Of a stretch of 64,000 bases of DNA, positions 20,717-30,618 are shown one piece after another. A model generated the notes under the pieces. It searched no databases, was not told where the DNA came from, and saw only the letters and a list, made by a program, of their open reading frames with translations. Location of the stretch: NCBI GenBank assembly GCA_937928765.1, contig CALFVX010000003.1:128081-192080 (forward strand), given 5' to 3'. The position numbers and the translations under genes were made by a program. Positions within the stretch are counted from its first letter, which is position 1, and the number at the start of each line of letters is the position of its first letter. The DNA is from an uncultured Endomicrobiia bacterium. Its GTDB lineage: Bacteria; Elusimicrobiota; Endomicrobiia; DTEH01.

Positions 20717-21656
20717 TGAGATAAAAGTTTTTTGTGGTAATGCGAACAAAGAATTATACCAAGAAATAATTTCGTATTTAAATTTACCTACAGGGAAAAT
20801 TCATGTAGGAAATTTTGCAGATGGAGAAATTGAAGTTAAAATTGAAGAAAATGTTAGAGGTGTTGATTGTTTTATAGTGCAACCAACCTGTCCTCCGGTA
20901 AACGAAAATTTGATGGAGTTGTTAGTGATAATAGATGCGTTAAGACGTGCTTCGGCAGCAAGGATTACTGCTGTAGTTCCGTATTTTGGTTATGCAAGAC
21001 AAGATAGAAAATCAGAACCAAGAGTTCCTATTACATCAAAACTTGTTGCAAATTTAATTGTAGCAGCAGGTGCAAACAGAGTTTTGTCGATGGATTTGCA
21101 TGCAGGACAAATACAAGGATTTTTTGATATTCCGGTTGATCATTTATTTGCCACACCAGTATTTTTAGAATATTTTAATAATATAGAAGATACAAAAAAT
21201 AAAGAAAATGTGGTTGTAGTAGCACCTGATGCTGGTGGAGTAGAGCGTGCACGTGCATTTGCAAAACGGCTTGATAAATCTTTAGCAATAGTGGACAAAA
21301 GAAGACCTTCAGCTAATCAAGCTGAGATTATGAATATAATTGGTGAGGTAAAAGATAAAATAGCCATAGTATTTGACGATATTATAGATACAGCTGGAAC
21401 AATGATAAAAGTTGTAGAACGGCTTAAAAATGAAGGTGCAAAAAAAGTCTATGCTGCTTGCACACATGCGGTGTTGAGTCGTGATGCCGATAAAAAGATA
21501 CTAAATTCTTATTTAGAAAAACTTGTTGTTACAAACACAATACCAATAAAAGATAAAAAAAATGAAAAAATAGAAGTTTTGTCAGTAGCAAAACTTTTAG
21601 CAGAAGCAATTAAAAGAATTCACTATAATACTTCTATAAGTGAATTATTTGTTTAG
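20697..21656 (+). CDS. prs: ribose-phosphate pyrophosphokinase
   Basis: FADGEIEVKIEENVRGVDCFIVQ, then the PRPP-binding loop DDIIDTAGT. Confidence 0.95.
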   Translation: MEEKMSSEIKVFCGNANKELYQEIISYLNLPTGKIHVGNFADGEIEVKIEENVRGVDCFIVQPTCPPVNENLMELLVIIDALRRASAARITAVVPYFGYARQDRKSEPRVPITSKLVANLIVAAGANRVLSMDLHAGQIQGFFDIPVDHLFATPVFLEYFNNIEDTKNKENVVVVAPDAGGVERARAFAKRLDKSLAIVDKRRPSANQAEIMNIIGEVKDKIAIVFDDIIDTAGTMIKVVERLKNEGAKKVYAACTHAVLSRDADKKILNSYLEKLVVTNTIPIKDKKNEKIEVLSVAKLLAEAIKRIHYNTSISELFV

Positions 21657-21682
21657 AAAAGATTTTAAGAAAGGAGAAAGTT

Positions 21683-22327
21683 ATGGCTGAAGAACTAGAA
21701 ATTATAGCAGAAACAAGAGAAATATCTACAAAAGGAAAACTTAAAGAATTTAGAAAAAAAGGATATATTCCAGCAATATCTTATGGTACTGAAAATAAAA
21801 ATATTAATCTATGGATAAGATATAAAAATATAATAGATTTGATGAAAAAAGGTTCCATAGAAGGTACTGTTTTTGATTTAAAAATTGAAGATAAAAAATA
21901 TCCTGTGATTATAAAAGAAATACAAAAAGACCCTATAACTGATAAACCAACTCATATTGATTTCCAAATTATCTCACTTAAAGAAAAAGTTGAAGTTAAA
22001 GTTCCGATACATCTTGTTGGTGAAGAAACAGCGTTAAAACTTACCGGTGGGATGATAGATTTTCCTGTAAGAGAAGTAAAAATTAGATGTTTACCTAAAG
22101 ACATACCTAAATATATTGAATTAGATGTTTCAAATTTAAAAATCGGCCAGTCTATAACAGTAAAAGATATCCCACAAGAAAAATTTATAATTTTAGAACC
22201 ACAGGAGACTTTAATTGTTCATATAATTTCAAAGAAAGTTGAAGAAGTTGTTACCACAACAGAAACCACAACCACACCACAAGAACCTGAAGTAATTTCA
22301 AAAGGCAAAAAAGAAGAACAATCTTAA
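21683..22327 (+). CDS. rplY: 50S ribosomal protein L25 / general stress protein Ctc
   Basis: Ctc-type two-domain L25 (214 aa) in the conserved glmU-prs-rplY-pth order. Confidence 0.9.
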   Translation: MAEELEIIAETREISTKGKLKEFRKKGYIPAISYGTENKNINLWIRYKNIIDLMKKGSIEGTVFDLKIEDKKYPVIIKEIQKDPITDKPTHIDFQIISLKEKVEVKVPIHLVGEETALKLTGGMIDFPVREVKIRCLPKDIPKYIELDVSNLKIGQSITVKDIPQEKFIILEPQETLIVHIISKKVEEVVTTTETTTTPQEPEVISKGKKEEQS

Positions 22328-22518
22328 TATTTAGATATGAAGTAAGATAATCAAATAGTGAAAAAGAAAAAAAGTAAGAAATATAAATCAGGTAGCGATT
22401 AATTACTGCTTTGTTTTTCTATATATTAATAAGTTAAAAGTTGTGATATGTATTGAACATAAAACTCGAAATTATTTATAAACAAAGTTAAAAGAATTTT
22501 AAACTTAGTATAAATAAA

Positions 22519-23280
22519 ATGTCTAAAAAATTTTTAATATTTTTTATTTTTACAATTTTTGCAGTTAACATCTACGCTGATAAAGATAAAAAAAATCAGC
22601 TATTAGATATAAAATTTTTAGGTGGTATATCACAAAGTGATGATTTTACAAGTAACAAATCAGTTGGTTTTTGGGGCTTCGTAGATTACAGTGTTGAAGA
22701 AGAAATTCCCGGTGGATATTTTGGCGGTATATCTTTAACATATAGGTTATCTAGGTTTTTTTCTCTATTTGGTGATATAGCAATTTCAAAAACAGTTCTT
22801 TTGATGGGGAAAAAGGGGAGTTACTTAAAAGGAGGGGCAATATGGGCTGCTGACCCTTCTCACAGGTCATCTACTTCTCCAACCCTTCCTAATGACATTT
22901 ATTATATTTCTAAAGCCACTATGGGAAGAATAGGGTTAAAACTTATTTATCCATCAGAAATTTTGGAACCTTACACTGGGATAGCTTTTGGTATTGTACC
23001 TTATGAGATAGGGTTTGGCAATAAAGATGGTTCTCGTGCATATAGTGACATTTTGTATGATGTATCTTCAATTAGTAGTTTGATTTTTGGTACTGATTTT
23101 AATATAAATTTTAACAAAAAAAATTTTATGACATTAGGCTTGTTTTTTGAGATAGGAGCTTCTGTTACAGAAGTGTCTACAGAAATTACTAATTGGATAT
23201 GGACAGGTTGGACTTATACTGCACAGTTTCCGATTATACCTCGATATAGGTTTGGTTTAAATTTAGGATTTTATTTTTAA
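22519..23280 (+). CDS. putative outer-membrane beta-barrel protein
   Basis: Signal peptide, alternating amphipathic beta-strand pattern and an aromatic C-terminus (NLGFYF). Confidence 0.45.
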   Translation: MSKKFLIFFIFTIFAVNIYADKDKKNQLLDIKFLGGISQSDDFTSNKSVGFWGFVDYSVEEEIPGGYFGGISLTYRLSRFFSLFGDIAISKTVLLMGKKGSYLKGGAIWAADPSHRSSTSPTLPNDIYYISKATMGRIGLKLIYPSEILEPYTGIAFGIVPYEIGFGNKDGSRAYSDILYDVSSISSLIFGTDFNINFNKKNFMTLGLFFEIGASVTEVSTEITNWIWTGWTYTAQFPIIPRYRFGLNLGFYF

Positions 23281-23319
23281 ATTTTTAATGATCTTTTTGT
23301 CAGGAGGGATATAATAGCT

Positions 23320-23883
23320 ATGAAGATAAAGCTTATTGTTGGGTTAGGCAATCCTGGTAGAGCGCATATTTATGATAGACACAACATAGGTTTTATGATA
23401 ATAGACTATATGGCAAACAAATTTAAATTCAAACTTTTCAACCACAGAGATTTTTCTATAGGAAGAAAAAAAATTTGTGGCAAAGACATACATTTTTTAA
23501 AACCTTTAACATATATGAACTTAAGTGGTTTAGCAGTAAAACAGTATGTTGAAAAAAAGGAAATTTCGCCACAAGAAGTTTTAGTAATAACAGATGATTT
23601 TGCAATAAATTTAGGTACAATAAGATTAAGACAAAGAGGTTCTTCTGGTGGGCACAATGGGTTAGCTTCTGTGATAGAATGGCTTAAGACAGAATATATT
23701 CCTAGGTTAAGAATAGGCATAGGTCCTGTGCTTGGAGGTGTGGACCCAAAAGATTTTGTATTGCAAAAGTTTTCTCGTGAAGAATTGCCATTGGTTTTTA
23801 AAGTTAAAGAAGAAGTTGTAGATTTAATAAAAAAAATAATTAAAGAAGGTGTTGAAAATTTAACTATTGAAGTTAATAGATAA
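23320..23883 (+). CDS. pth: peptidyl-tRNA hydrolase
   Basis: LIVGLGNPG...RHNIGF...H..GHNG motifs. Confidence 0.9.
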   Translation: MKIKLIVGLGNPGRAHIYDRHNIGFMIIDYMANKFKFKLFNHRDFSIGRKKICGKDIHFLKPLTYMNLSGLAVKQYVEKKEISPQEVLVITDDFAINLGTIRLRQRGSSGGHNGLASVIEWLKTEYIPRLRIGIGPVLGGVDPKDFVLQKFSREELPLVFKVKEEVVDLIKKIIKEGVENLTIEVNR

Positions 23884-23916
23884 AATTTGTAATTTTAAAA
23901 AAATTATTTTAACATT

Positions 23917-23990
23917 GGGTGCGTAGCTCAGTTGGTTAGAGTGCCGCTTTGACATGGCGGAGGTCACAGGTTCGAGTCCTGTCGCACCCA
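23917..23990 (+). tRNA. tRNA-Val (anticodon GAC)
   Basis: Folded by hand into a cloverleaf: acceptor GGGTGCG/CGCACCC, T-arm ACAGG-TTCGAGT-CCTGT, anticodon loop TTGACAT. No encoded CCA. Confidence 0.8.
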
Positions 23991-24008
23991 GTAATTAAAA
24001 TAATGAAA

Positions 24009-24240
24009 AGTGAAAGAGTAAGAAAGATTATTTAGGTGATATAGGGTAGGTGATGGTGAATAATAAAAAAAGTTGAAAAAGAGTTCTGTAGTTTACCCTT
24101 AAGAGTCGAATATAAGATTTTTGTGTTAAAATTTGTTGTGTTTTTGGTAGCAGTAGATCAAATTTATCATTTTTTTAATGTTACCGTCAATAAGACATAA
24201 AAAATTTATAAATAAAGTTAACAAAACTTTTAAAAGAAGG
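24009..24240 (+). repeat. repeated intergenic leader element, copy 2 (between tRNA-Val and the 24251 gene)
   Basis: See copy 1. Its 3' module ATTTATAAATAAAGTTAACAAAACTTTTAAAAGAAGGAG runs straight into the RBS. Confidence 0.6.
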
Positions 24241-24250
24241 AGTTTAAAAA

Positions 24251-24931
24251 ATGAAAAAGTTTTTAATAATTTTTTTGTTATTATTTCCTTGTTTAGTTTT
24301 TTCAATTAATGGTGGTGGAGGATATTTTATATTTGGTCACAATGTTTTGGATATAAAGAATTTTAATGATACATTAAAAAATAATGGATATTCAACAATG
24401 TCTGACAGTTTTGTATCATTTGGTGGTGGTGGCCATGCTATAATTGATAACTTAGTAATTGGTGGAGAAGGACACGGTCTTTCTGGCAGAGAAGAAGATA
24501 TAGGTAATGATTATAAAGCTTCAATAAAGGCTGGTTATGGATTTTTTAATATAGGGTATGTTATATTTAATGTAGAGAATTTAAGCATTTATCCTTTGTT
24601 AGGTATAGGAGGTGGTGGAATCGATGTTAAAATTTCAGAAATTTCATCTCCATCATTTAACGATATTTTAAACAATCCAGAACGTTCTGTAGAACTAACC
24701 ACTGGTGGAATATTGATTAGTTTAAGTTTATGCACCGAGTATTTATTAAGTTTAGGTGAAGGTTATGGTGGTACTAAAGGAGGAATAATTGTAGGGTTAA
24801 GAATAGGATATACTTGGTCACCGAGTTATAATTGGACATTAGATGGTAGTAATATTCCTGGATCACCAAATGTCGGTATCAACGGATATTTTATTAGGTT
24901 AAGTATAGGTTTTGGAGGGTTTAGCTATTAA
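24251..24931 (+). CDS. glycine-rich secreted protein, probable outer-membrane beta-barrel
   Basis: Signal peptide, repeated GGGG/GxGxG stretches alternating with amphipathic strands, and an aromatic C-terminus (GGFSY). Confidence 0.45.
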   Translation: MKKFLIIFLLLFPCLVFSINGGGGYFIFGHNVLDIKNFNDTLKNNGYSTMSDSFVSFGGGGHAIIDNLVIGGEGHGLSGREEDIGNDYKASIKAGYGFFNIGYVIFNVENLSIYPLLGIGGGGIDVKISEISSPSFNDILNNPERSVELTTGGILISLSLCTEYLLSLGEGYGGTKGGIIVGLRIGYTWSPSYNWTLDGSNIPGSPNVGINGYFIRLSIGFGGFSY

Positions 24932-24942
24932 TTTTTTTCATT

Positions 24943-26670
24943 ATGAACAATTTTGAGAATAAAGAGTTCGATCTTCAAACACTTCGCCATTCTGCAAGTC
25001 ATATAATGGCATCTGCAGTTCTAGAACTCTTTCCAGGAACAAAATTAGGAATAGGTCCTGCTATAGAAAACGGGTTTTATTATGATTTTGACTTACCAGT
25101 AAAAATTTCAGAAGATGACTTACCAAAAATTGAACAAAAAATGTATGAGATTATACAAAAGGATTATAAATTTATCCGGCAAGAGTTGTCAAAAGAAGAA
25201 GCAAAAAAAGTTTTTTTAGAAAAAAATGAGATTTATAAGTTAGAAATTTTAAATGAAATTCCAGATGAAAAAGTTTCTGTTTATATTCATAACAATTTTA
25301 TAGACCTTTGTCGTGGACCACATATTGAATCTACAGGAAAACTTAAATATTTTAAGTTGTTATCAGTTTCAGGAGCATATTGGCGTGGAGATGAAAAAAA
25401 TCCACAACTTACCCGTATTTACGCAACAGCATTTTTTACAAAAGAAGAACTTGATAGATATCTTTATATACTACAAGAAGCAAAAAAAAGAGATCATAGA
25501 AAGCTTGGTAGTGAACTTGAACTATTTGAAATTTTTGAAGAAGAGTTTGGAAGCGGATTAGTATTTTGGCTTCCTAAAGGTGCTATAGTAAGAAAAATTA
25601 TTGAAGATTTTTTAAGAGAGTTTCATATAAAAAATGGATATAATCTAGTATATACACCACATATTGCAAAAACATCTTTATGGGAAACATCAGGACATTT
25701 AGGTTTTTATTCTGAATATATGTTTCCTTCGATGGATGTTGAAGGACAGAAATATATCATAAAACCTATGAATTGTCCAGGCCATGTTTTGATATATAAA
25801 TCAAAGCTACATTCTTATAAAGAACTACCTTTAAGATTTTTTGAACTTGGCAATGTCTACAGATATGAAAGGTCTGGTGTATTACATGGACTTATGCGTG
25901 TTCGTGGATTTACTCAAGACGATGCACATATTTTTTGTACACCGGAAAATGTTGAAGAAGAGATTTTGTCTTTGTTAGATGCTGTAGTAAAAATTTTATC
26001 AAAATTTGGATTTAAACAATACGATATTAAACTTTCTACAAGACCACAAAAATATATCGGTGATTTAGAACATTGGACTTTAGCAGAAAATGCTTTAAAG
26101 TTAGCTTTAGAAAAGAAACATTTAAAGTATGATATAGATCCTGGTGAAGGAGTTTTTTACGGGCCTAAAATAGATTTAAAAATCAAAGATGCGATAGGAA
26201 GACTATGGCAGTGTTCCACAATACAAGTTGATTTTAATTTACCACAGAGATTTGAAGTAAAATATAGAGATAAAGATGGGAAAGATAAATATGTTATTAT
26301 GATCCACAGAGCATTGTTAGGTTCTCTTGAAAGATTTTTTGCTGTTTTAGTAGAAAGTTATGCAGGAGTATTTCCGTTTTGGCTTTCACCTTTACAGATA
26401 AAAGTTTTACCTGTAAGTGATAAATTTCTTTCTTATGCTGAAGAAGTTAAAGAAAAAATTTTAGAAAATAATTTTAGGATAGAAATCGATACTTCTTCAT
26501 CAACATTACAGTATAAAATTCGTGACGCAATAAAACAAAAAGTGCCATATGTTATCATTGTAGGACAGAAAGAACAACAAAATAATAAGGTATCTGTTCG
26601 TAAATATGGATGTGAAAAAACAGAAATTTTAAGTATAGAGGAATTTATCAAAGAATTAAAAAATAACTAA
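24943..26670 (+). CDS. thrS: threonine--tRNA ligase (no N-terminal TGS domain)
   Basis: Begins directly with the editing-domain motif RHSASHIMASAV...GPAIENGFYYDF. CRGPH editing motif, class II catalytic core and C-terminal anticodon-binding domain are present; 575 aa. Confidence 0.95.
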   Translation: MNNFENKEFDLQTLRHSASHIMASAVLELFPGTKLGIGPAIENGFYYDFDLPVKISEDDLPKIEQKMYEIIQKDYKFIRQELSKEEAKKVFLEKNEIYKLEILNEIPDEKVSVYIHNNFIDLCRGPHIESTGKLKYFKLLSVSGAYWRGDEKNPQLTRIYATAFFTKEELDRYLYILQEAKKRDHRKLGSELELFEIFEEEFGSGLVFWLPKGAIVRKIIEDFLREFHIKNGYNLVYTPHIAKTSLWETSGHLGFYSEYMFPSMDVEGQKYIIKPMNCPGHVLIYKSKLHSYKELPLRFFELGNVYRYERSGVLHGLMRVRGFTQDDAHIFCTPENVEEEILSLLDAVVKILSKFGFKQYDIKLSTRPQKYIGDLEHWTLAENALKLALEKKHLKYDIDPGEGVFYGPKIDLKIKDAIGRLWQCSTIQVDFNLPQRFEVKYRDKDGKDKYVIMIHRALLGSLERFFAVLVESYAGVFPFWLSPLQIKVLPVSDKFLSYAEEVKEKILENNFRIEIDTSSSTLQYKIRDAIKQKVPYVIIVGQKEQQNNKVSVRKYGCEKTEILSIEEFIKELKNN

Positions 26671-26702
26671 AAGATTTTGATGATTTTTTTTAATACAACT
26701 TA

Positions 26703-26910
26703 GAGTGAATGAGAAATTAAAAAAGTGAGCGATTAAAAAATTAAAAAAGATTGTTAATAAACATCTCTTATCTAACAAGAGAGGCCAGGTGGTGTGTATA
26801 ATAAACAACTGTATTAATTTTTCCTTAATAGGAGAGAGTTTAAAAAATAATCTCCTTAATAAGAAAAAAATTGGTTAATAAAGTTAACAAAACTTTTTTA
26901 AATAGGAGGA
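26703..26910 (+). repeat. repeated intergenic leader element, copy 3 (thrS-infC spacer), with extra hairpin-forming inserts
   Basis: Shares the 5' module GAGTGAATGAGAAATTAAAAAAG and the 3' module AATAAAGTTAACAAAACTTTTTTAAATAGGAGG with copies 1 and 2. Unique middle contains TCTCTTatctaacAAGAGA and GGAGAgagtttaaaaaataaTCTCC. Confidence 0.5.
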
Positions 26911-26924
26911 ATTAAAAACAAAGT

Positions 26925-27443
26925 ATGGATTTAAGAAAATATAGGATAAATCAATATATCCGTGCAAAAGAAGTAAGAGTAATCGATGAAAATGGTCAAC
27001 AGATAGGTATTATGCCACTTCAGCAAGCGCTACAAAAAGCGCAACAAGTAGGGCTTGATTTAGTAGAAGTTGCTCCTCAGGCAAATCCTCCTGTATGCAA
27101 AATCATTGATTTTTCAAAATTCAAGTATCAACAAGAAAAAAAAGAAAAAGAGTTAAGAAAAGCACAAAGAGTTTCTGAGATAAAAGAAATGTATATAAAA
27201 CCTACAATATCACAGCACGATTTAAAAATAAAACTTGAGCATATAAAGGAATTTTTGCAACATTCACATCCAACAAAAATTACTATAACTTATTTAGGAA
27301 GAATTGCAGAATTTTTTGATCAGACATCACAACAGTTAGTTGATAAAATTACTAATGAACTGAAAGAATTTGGTGTTGTATCAAATATTAAAAAAGATAA
27401 AAATAAAATTTTATTAGTTGTAGAACCAAAGAAGAAAAAATAA
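26925..27443 (+). CDS. infC: translation initiation factor IF-3
   Basis: 172 aa; INQYIRAKEVRVIDENGQQIG N-domain and the conserved C-domain. ATG start. Confidence 0.9.
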   Translation: MDLRKYRINQYIRAKEVRVIDENGQQIGIMPLQQALQKAQQVGLDLVEVAPQANPPVCKIIDFSKFKYQQEKKEKELRKAQRVSEIKEMYIKPTISQHDLKIKLEHIKEFLQHSHPTKITITYLGRIAEFFDQTSQQLVDKITNELKEFGVVSNIKKDKNKILLVVEPKKKK

Positions 27444-27465
27444 CTAAACTATATAGGAGAAATTT

Positions 27466-27675
27466 ATGAAAGGAAAATACAAAATTAAATCACACAGTGG
27501 TGCTAAAAAAAGGTTCAAATTTACAAAAACAGGAAAAGTAAAATATAAAAAAGCTGGATTAAGACATCTTTTAACTGGAATGTCTTCTACTCGTGCAAGG
27601 AAATTAAGAAAAATTGCTGTGTTAAATGATATTAATAAAGAGGTTGTGAAACAAAAACTTCCTTATGGAAGATAA
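27466..27675 (+). CDS. rpmI: 50S ribosomal protein L35
   Basis: KIKSHSGAKKRFKFTKTGKVKYKKAGLRHLL is the L35 signature. Confidence 0.9.
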   Translation: MKGKYKIKSHSGAKKRFKFTKTGKVKYKKAGLRHLLTGMSSTRARKLRKIAVLNDINKEVVKQKLPYGR

Positions 27676-27716
27676 CAAGAAATTTTCAATATATATAATT
27701 TATACGGAGGTGAGAA

Positions 27717-30341
27717 ATGATTAATGGCAAAATAAGAGAGGATGTTTATAAAGTTAACAATCCAAAAGCATATATTGTAGTTCCAAAATTACCTCAAAAA
27801 TTACAAAATCTTCTTGAAATAGCATATAATCTTTGGTGGGAATGGAATAGCGATGCTTTTGAGCTTTTTAGAAGAATAGATAGAGATCTTTGGGAAGAAG
27901 TTAATCATAATCCAATACGACTTCTTGAAAAAATTTCTAAAGAAAAACTTATTGAATTAGAACAAGATGAAAGTTTTGTTGCGCATTTGCAGGAAGTATA
28001 TTCACAACTACAAAAATATCTTTCTTCAAAAACATGGTTTTTTAAAGAATTTAACCAAGAGCATCATAATTGTGTAATTGCATATTTTTCAATGGAATAC
28101 GGACTTGCAGAATGTATCCCAATGTATGCTGGCGGATTAGGAGTTCTTGCTGGAGATTTGTTTAAATCAGCTTCTGATATGGGCTTACCAATGGTAGGTG
28201 TGGGGCTAGCTTATAGATACGGATATTTTAGACAACATCTTACAGATGATGGTTGGCAAAAAGAAGAATATGATGAGCTACATTTTTTTCGTCTTCCAAT
28301 GAAAAGAATGGCAGATTCTTCAGGTAAACCATTGAGGTTTTTTATAACTGTTCCAAAAATAATTCATGAAGGGCATAAAACAACTTTAGTTGAAGAGAAA
28401 GTTTTTTATGAAGTATGGGAGGTAAAGATAGGAAGAAATACTTTATTTCTAATGAGTACAGATATACCTGAAAATAATTCTGATAGTAGAGCAATAACTT
28501 ATCATTTATATGGCGGAGATCAAGATACAAGGATTAAACAAGAAATTCTTTTAGGCATAGGAGGCGTTAGGTTGTTAAAAAAATTAAATATAAACCCTAC
28601 TGTATGGCATATGAACGAAGGACATTGTGCTTTTGTTGTGCTTGAAAGAATAAGAAATTTGATGAAAGAAAAAGGTTTAGGTTTTAATGAAGCAAAAGAA
28701 TTTGTTTCAAAAACATCAGTATTTACAACACATACACCTGTTTCTGCAGGAATAGATGTTTTTAGTAGTGATATGATAAAAAAATATTTTATAAAATATT
28801 GTGAAGAGTTAGGTATAAGTGTAGAGCAATTATTAAGTTTGGGTAGAGAAAACCATAGAGATCAAAACAGTGGTTTTTCAATGGCTGTGTTTGCTATAAG
28901 AAACAGTGATTTTATAAATGCTGTAAGCAAACTTCACGGAAAAATTTCGCGTAATATGTGGAAAAATTTATTTCCAGAATTACCGTTGTTTGAGATCCCT
29001 ATAACACATATCACAAATGGTATACATACAAACACATGGATATCAAACGAATTTGCAGCATTGTTTGACAGATACATTGGTCCTCAATGGAAAGATGAAC
29101 CAGAGGATCAGAGCATATGGCAAAGGGTAAAAGAAATTCCAGACGCAGAATTATGGCGTTCTCATGAAAGGCGTAGAGAGCGATTAGTAGCTTTTGTAAG
29201 AAAAAGGTTAAAAGAACAGCTTATACACAGCGGTGTTACAAGAACAGAGATAGAAAAAGCAGAAGAAGTTTTAGATCCAGAAGCGTTAACTATAGGATTT
29301 GCAAGAAGGTTTGCAGAATATAAACGAGGAACTTTGATCTTTAGAGATCTGCAACGGCTTAAAAAAATTTTGCTTAATAAAGACTATCCTGTACAAATTA
29401 TTATTTCTGGTAAAGCACATCCTTTTGATAGTATTGGTAAAGAATTAATAAAATATATAGTACAACTTACCAGAGATCCTGAACTAAAAGGTAAAATTGT
29501 TTTTGTAGAAGATTATGACATGAGAGTAGCACATTATCTTGTTCAAGGATGTGATGTATGGTTAAACTTGCCAAGAAGGCCTCTCGAGGCTTCAGGTACA
29601 AGCGGGATGAAAGCAGCAGTAAACGGTGTTATAAATATTTCTATACTTGATGGTTGGTGGGATGAAGCATATGATGGTGAAAATGGTTGGGCAGTAGGTG
29701 GAGGAGAAGAATATACTGATTATAATCTACAAGATGAAATAGAAAGCAGAATTTTGTACGATTTATTGGAAAAAGAAGTGGCACCATTGTTTTATAAACG
29801 TAGCAGTGATGGTCTTCCACGAGGATGGATCAAAAAAATGAAAGCTTCTATGATGAGTATAGGTCCAAAATTTAATTCTCACAGGTTAATAGAAGATTAT
29901 ACAAGAAAATTTTATCTTCAAGCAGATAGAAATTATCTAAACTACGAAAAAGATAATTTCCAACTTACAAAAATATTTTCTTTATGGTTAGAGAAGATAA
30001 ATTCTTGTTGGGAAAAAATAAAAGTTGTAAGTATAAAAGATAGTATTCAAGAATATGCTTATAATATAGGCGATAAAATAGAAATCACAGCTAACATATT
30101 GCTTGATAAACTTTCTTTGGAAGATGTTTCAGTACAGATATACTGGGGATATTTAGATTCTAAAAGTCGTATTTACGAACCAAAAATAAAAGAAATGGAG
30201 ATGATAACACAAGAAGGACAGAATTTTGTATATAAAACAGAAATAGAAGTTGACCGTGTAGGTCATTGTGGATATGTTATTAGAATACTGCCTAAGTTTC
30301 AAAACAATACAATATATAAACCAAATTTAATAAAGTGGTAA
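27717..30341 (+). CDS. glgP: alpha-glucan (glycogen/maltodextrin) phosphorylase, GT35 family
   Basis: 874 aa. N-terminal DUF3417-type region (WWEWNSDAFELFRRID) and the pyridoxal-phosphate site EASGTSGMKAAVNG. Confidence 0.9.
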   Translation: MINGKIREDVYKVNNPKAYIVVPKLPQKLQNLLEIAYNLWWEWNSDAFELFRRIDRDLWEEVNHNPIRLLEKISKEKLIELEQDESFVAHLQEVYSQLQKYLSSKTWFFKEFNQEHHNCVIAYFSMEYGLAECIPMYAGGLGVLAGDLFKSASDMGLPMVGVGLAYRYGYFRQHLTDDGWQKEEYDELHFFRLPMKRMADSSGKPLRFFITVPKIIHEGHKTTLVEEKVFYEVWEVKIGRNTLFLMSTDIPENNSDSRAITYHLYGGDQDTRIKQEILLGIGGVRLLKKLNINPTVWHMNEGHCAFVVLERIRNLMKEKGLGFNEAKEFVSKTSVFTTHTPVSAGIDVFSSDMIKKYFIKYCEELGISVEQLLSLGRENHRDQNSGFSMAVFAIRNSDFINAVSKLHGKISRNMWKNLFPELPLFEIPITHITNGIHTNTWISNEFAALFDRYIGPQWKDEPEDQSIWQRVKEIPDAELWRSHERRRERLVAFVRKRLKEQLIHSGVTRTEIEKAEEVLDPEALTIGFARRFAEYKRGTLIFRDLQRLKKILLNKDYPVQIIISGKAHPFDSIGKELIKYIVQLTRDPELKGKIVFVEDYDMRVAHYLVQGCDVWLNLPRRPLEASGTSGMKAAVNGVINISILDGWWDEAYDGENGWAVGGGEEYTDYNLQDEIESRILYDLLEKEVAPLFYKRSSDGLPRGWIKKMKASMMSIGPKFNSHRLIEDYTRKFYLQADRNYLNYEKDNFQLTKIFSLWLEKINSCWEKIKVVSIKDSIQEYAYNIGDKIEITANILLDKLSLEDVSVQIYWGYLDSKSRIYEPKIKEMEMITQEGQNFVYKTEIEVDRVGHCGYVIRILPKFQNNTIYKPNLIKW

Positions 30342-30618
30342 AAAATTTTTTGAATTATTGACTTAAAGTTAATCTTTTTATATTAAATTTATTCTGTTCT
30401 ATAATTATTTTTTAAGTACATTGTTTTTTTAGGACTCGCATTTCATATTATTTAAAAAAGATTTGATATTTTTAAAAGTTAGAAGTAAATAATTTTTTAT
30501 TTTCCTTATCAAGGAAGACTAACAGATATGTTTTTTAAACACTTAATTATACTATTGCTTAATAGGAGATTATTTATAAAAAAGTTTAAAATAAATTTTT
30601 AAAAGGAGGTGGATTTTT

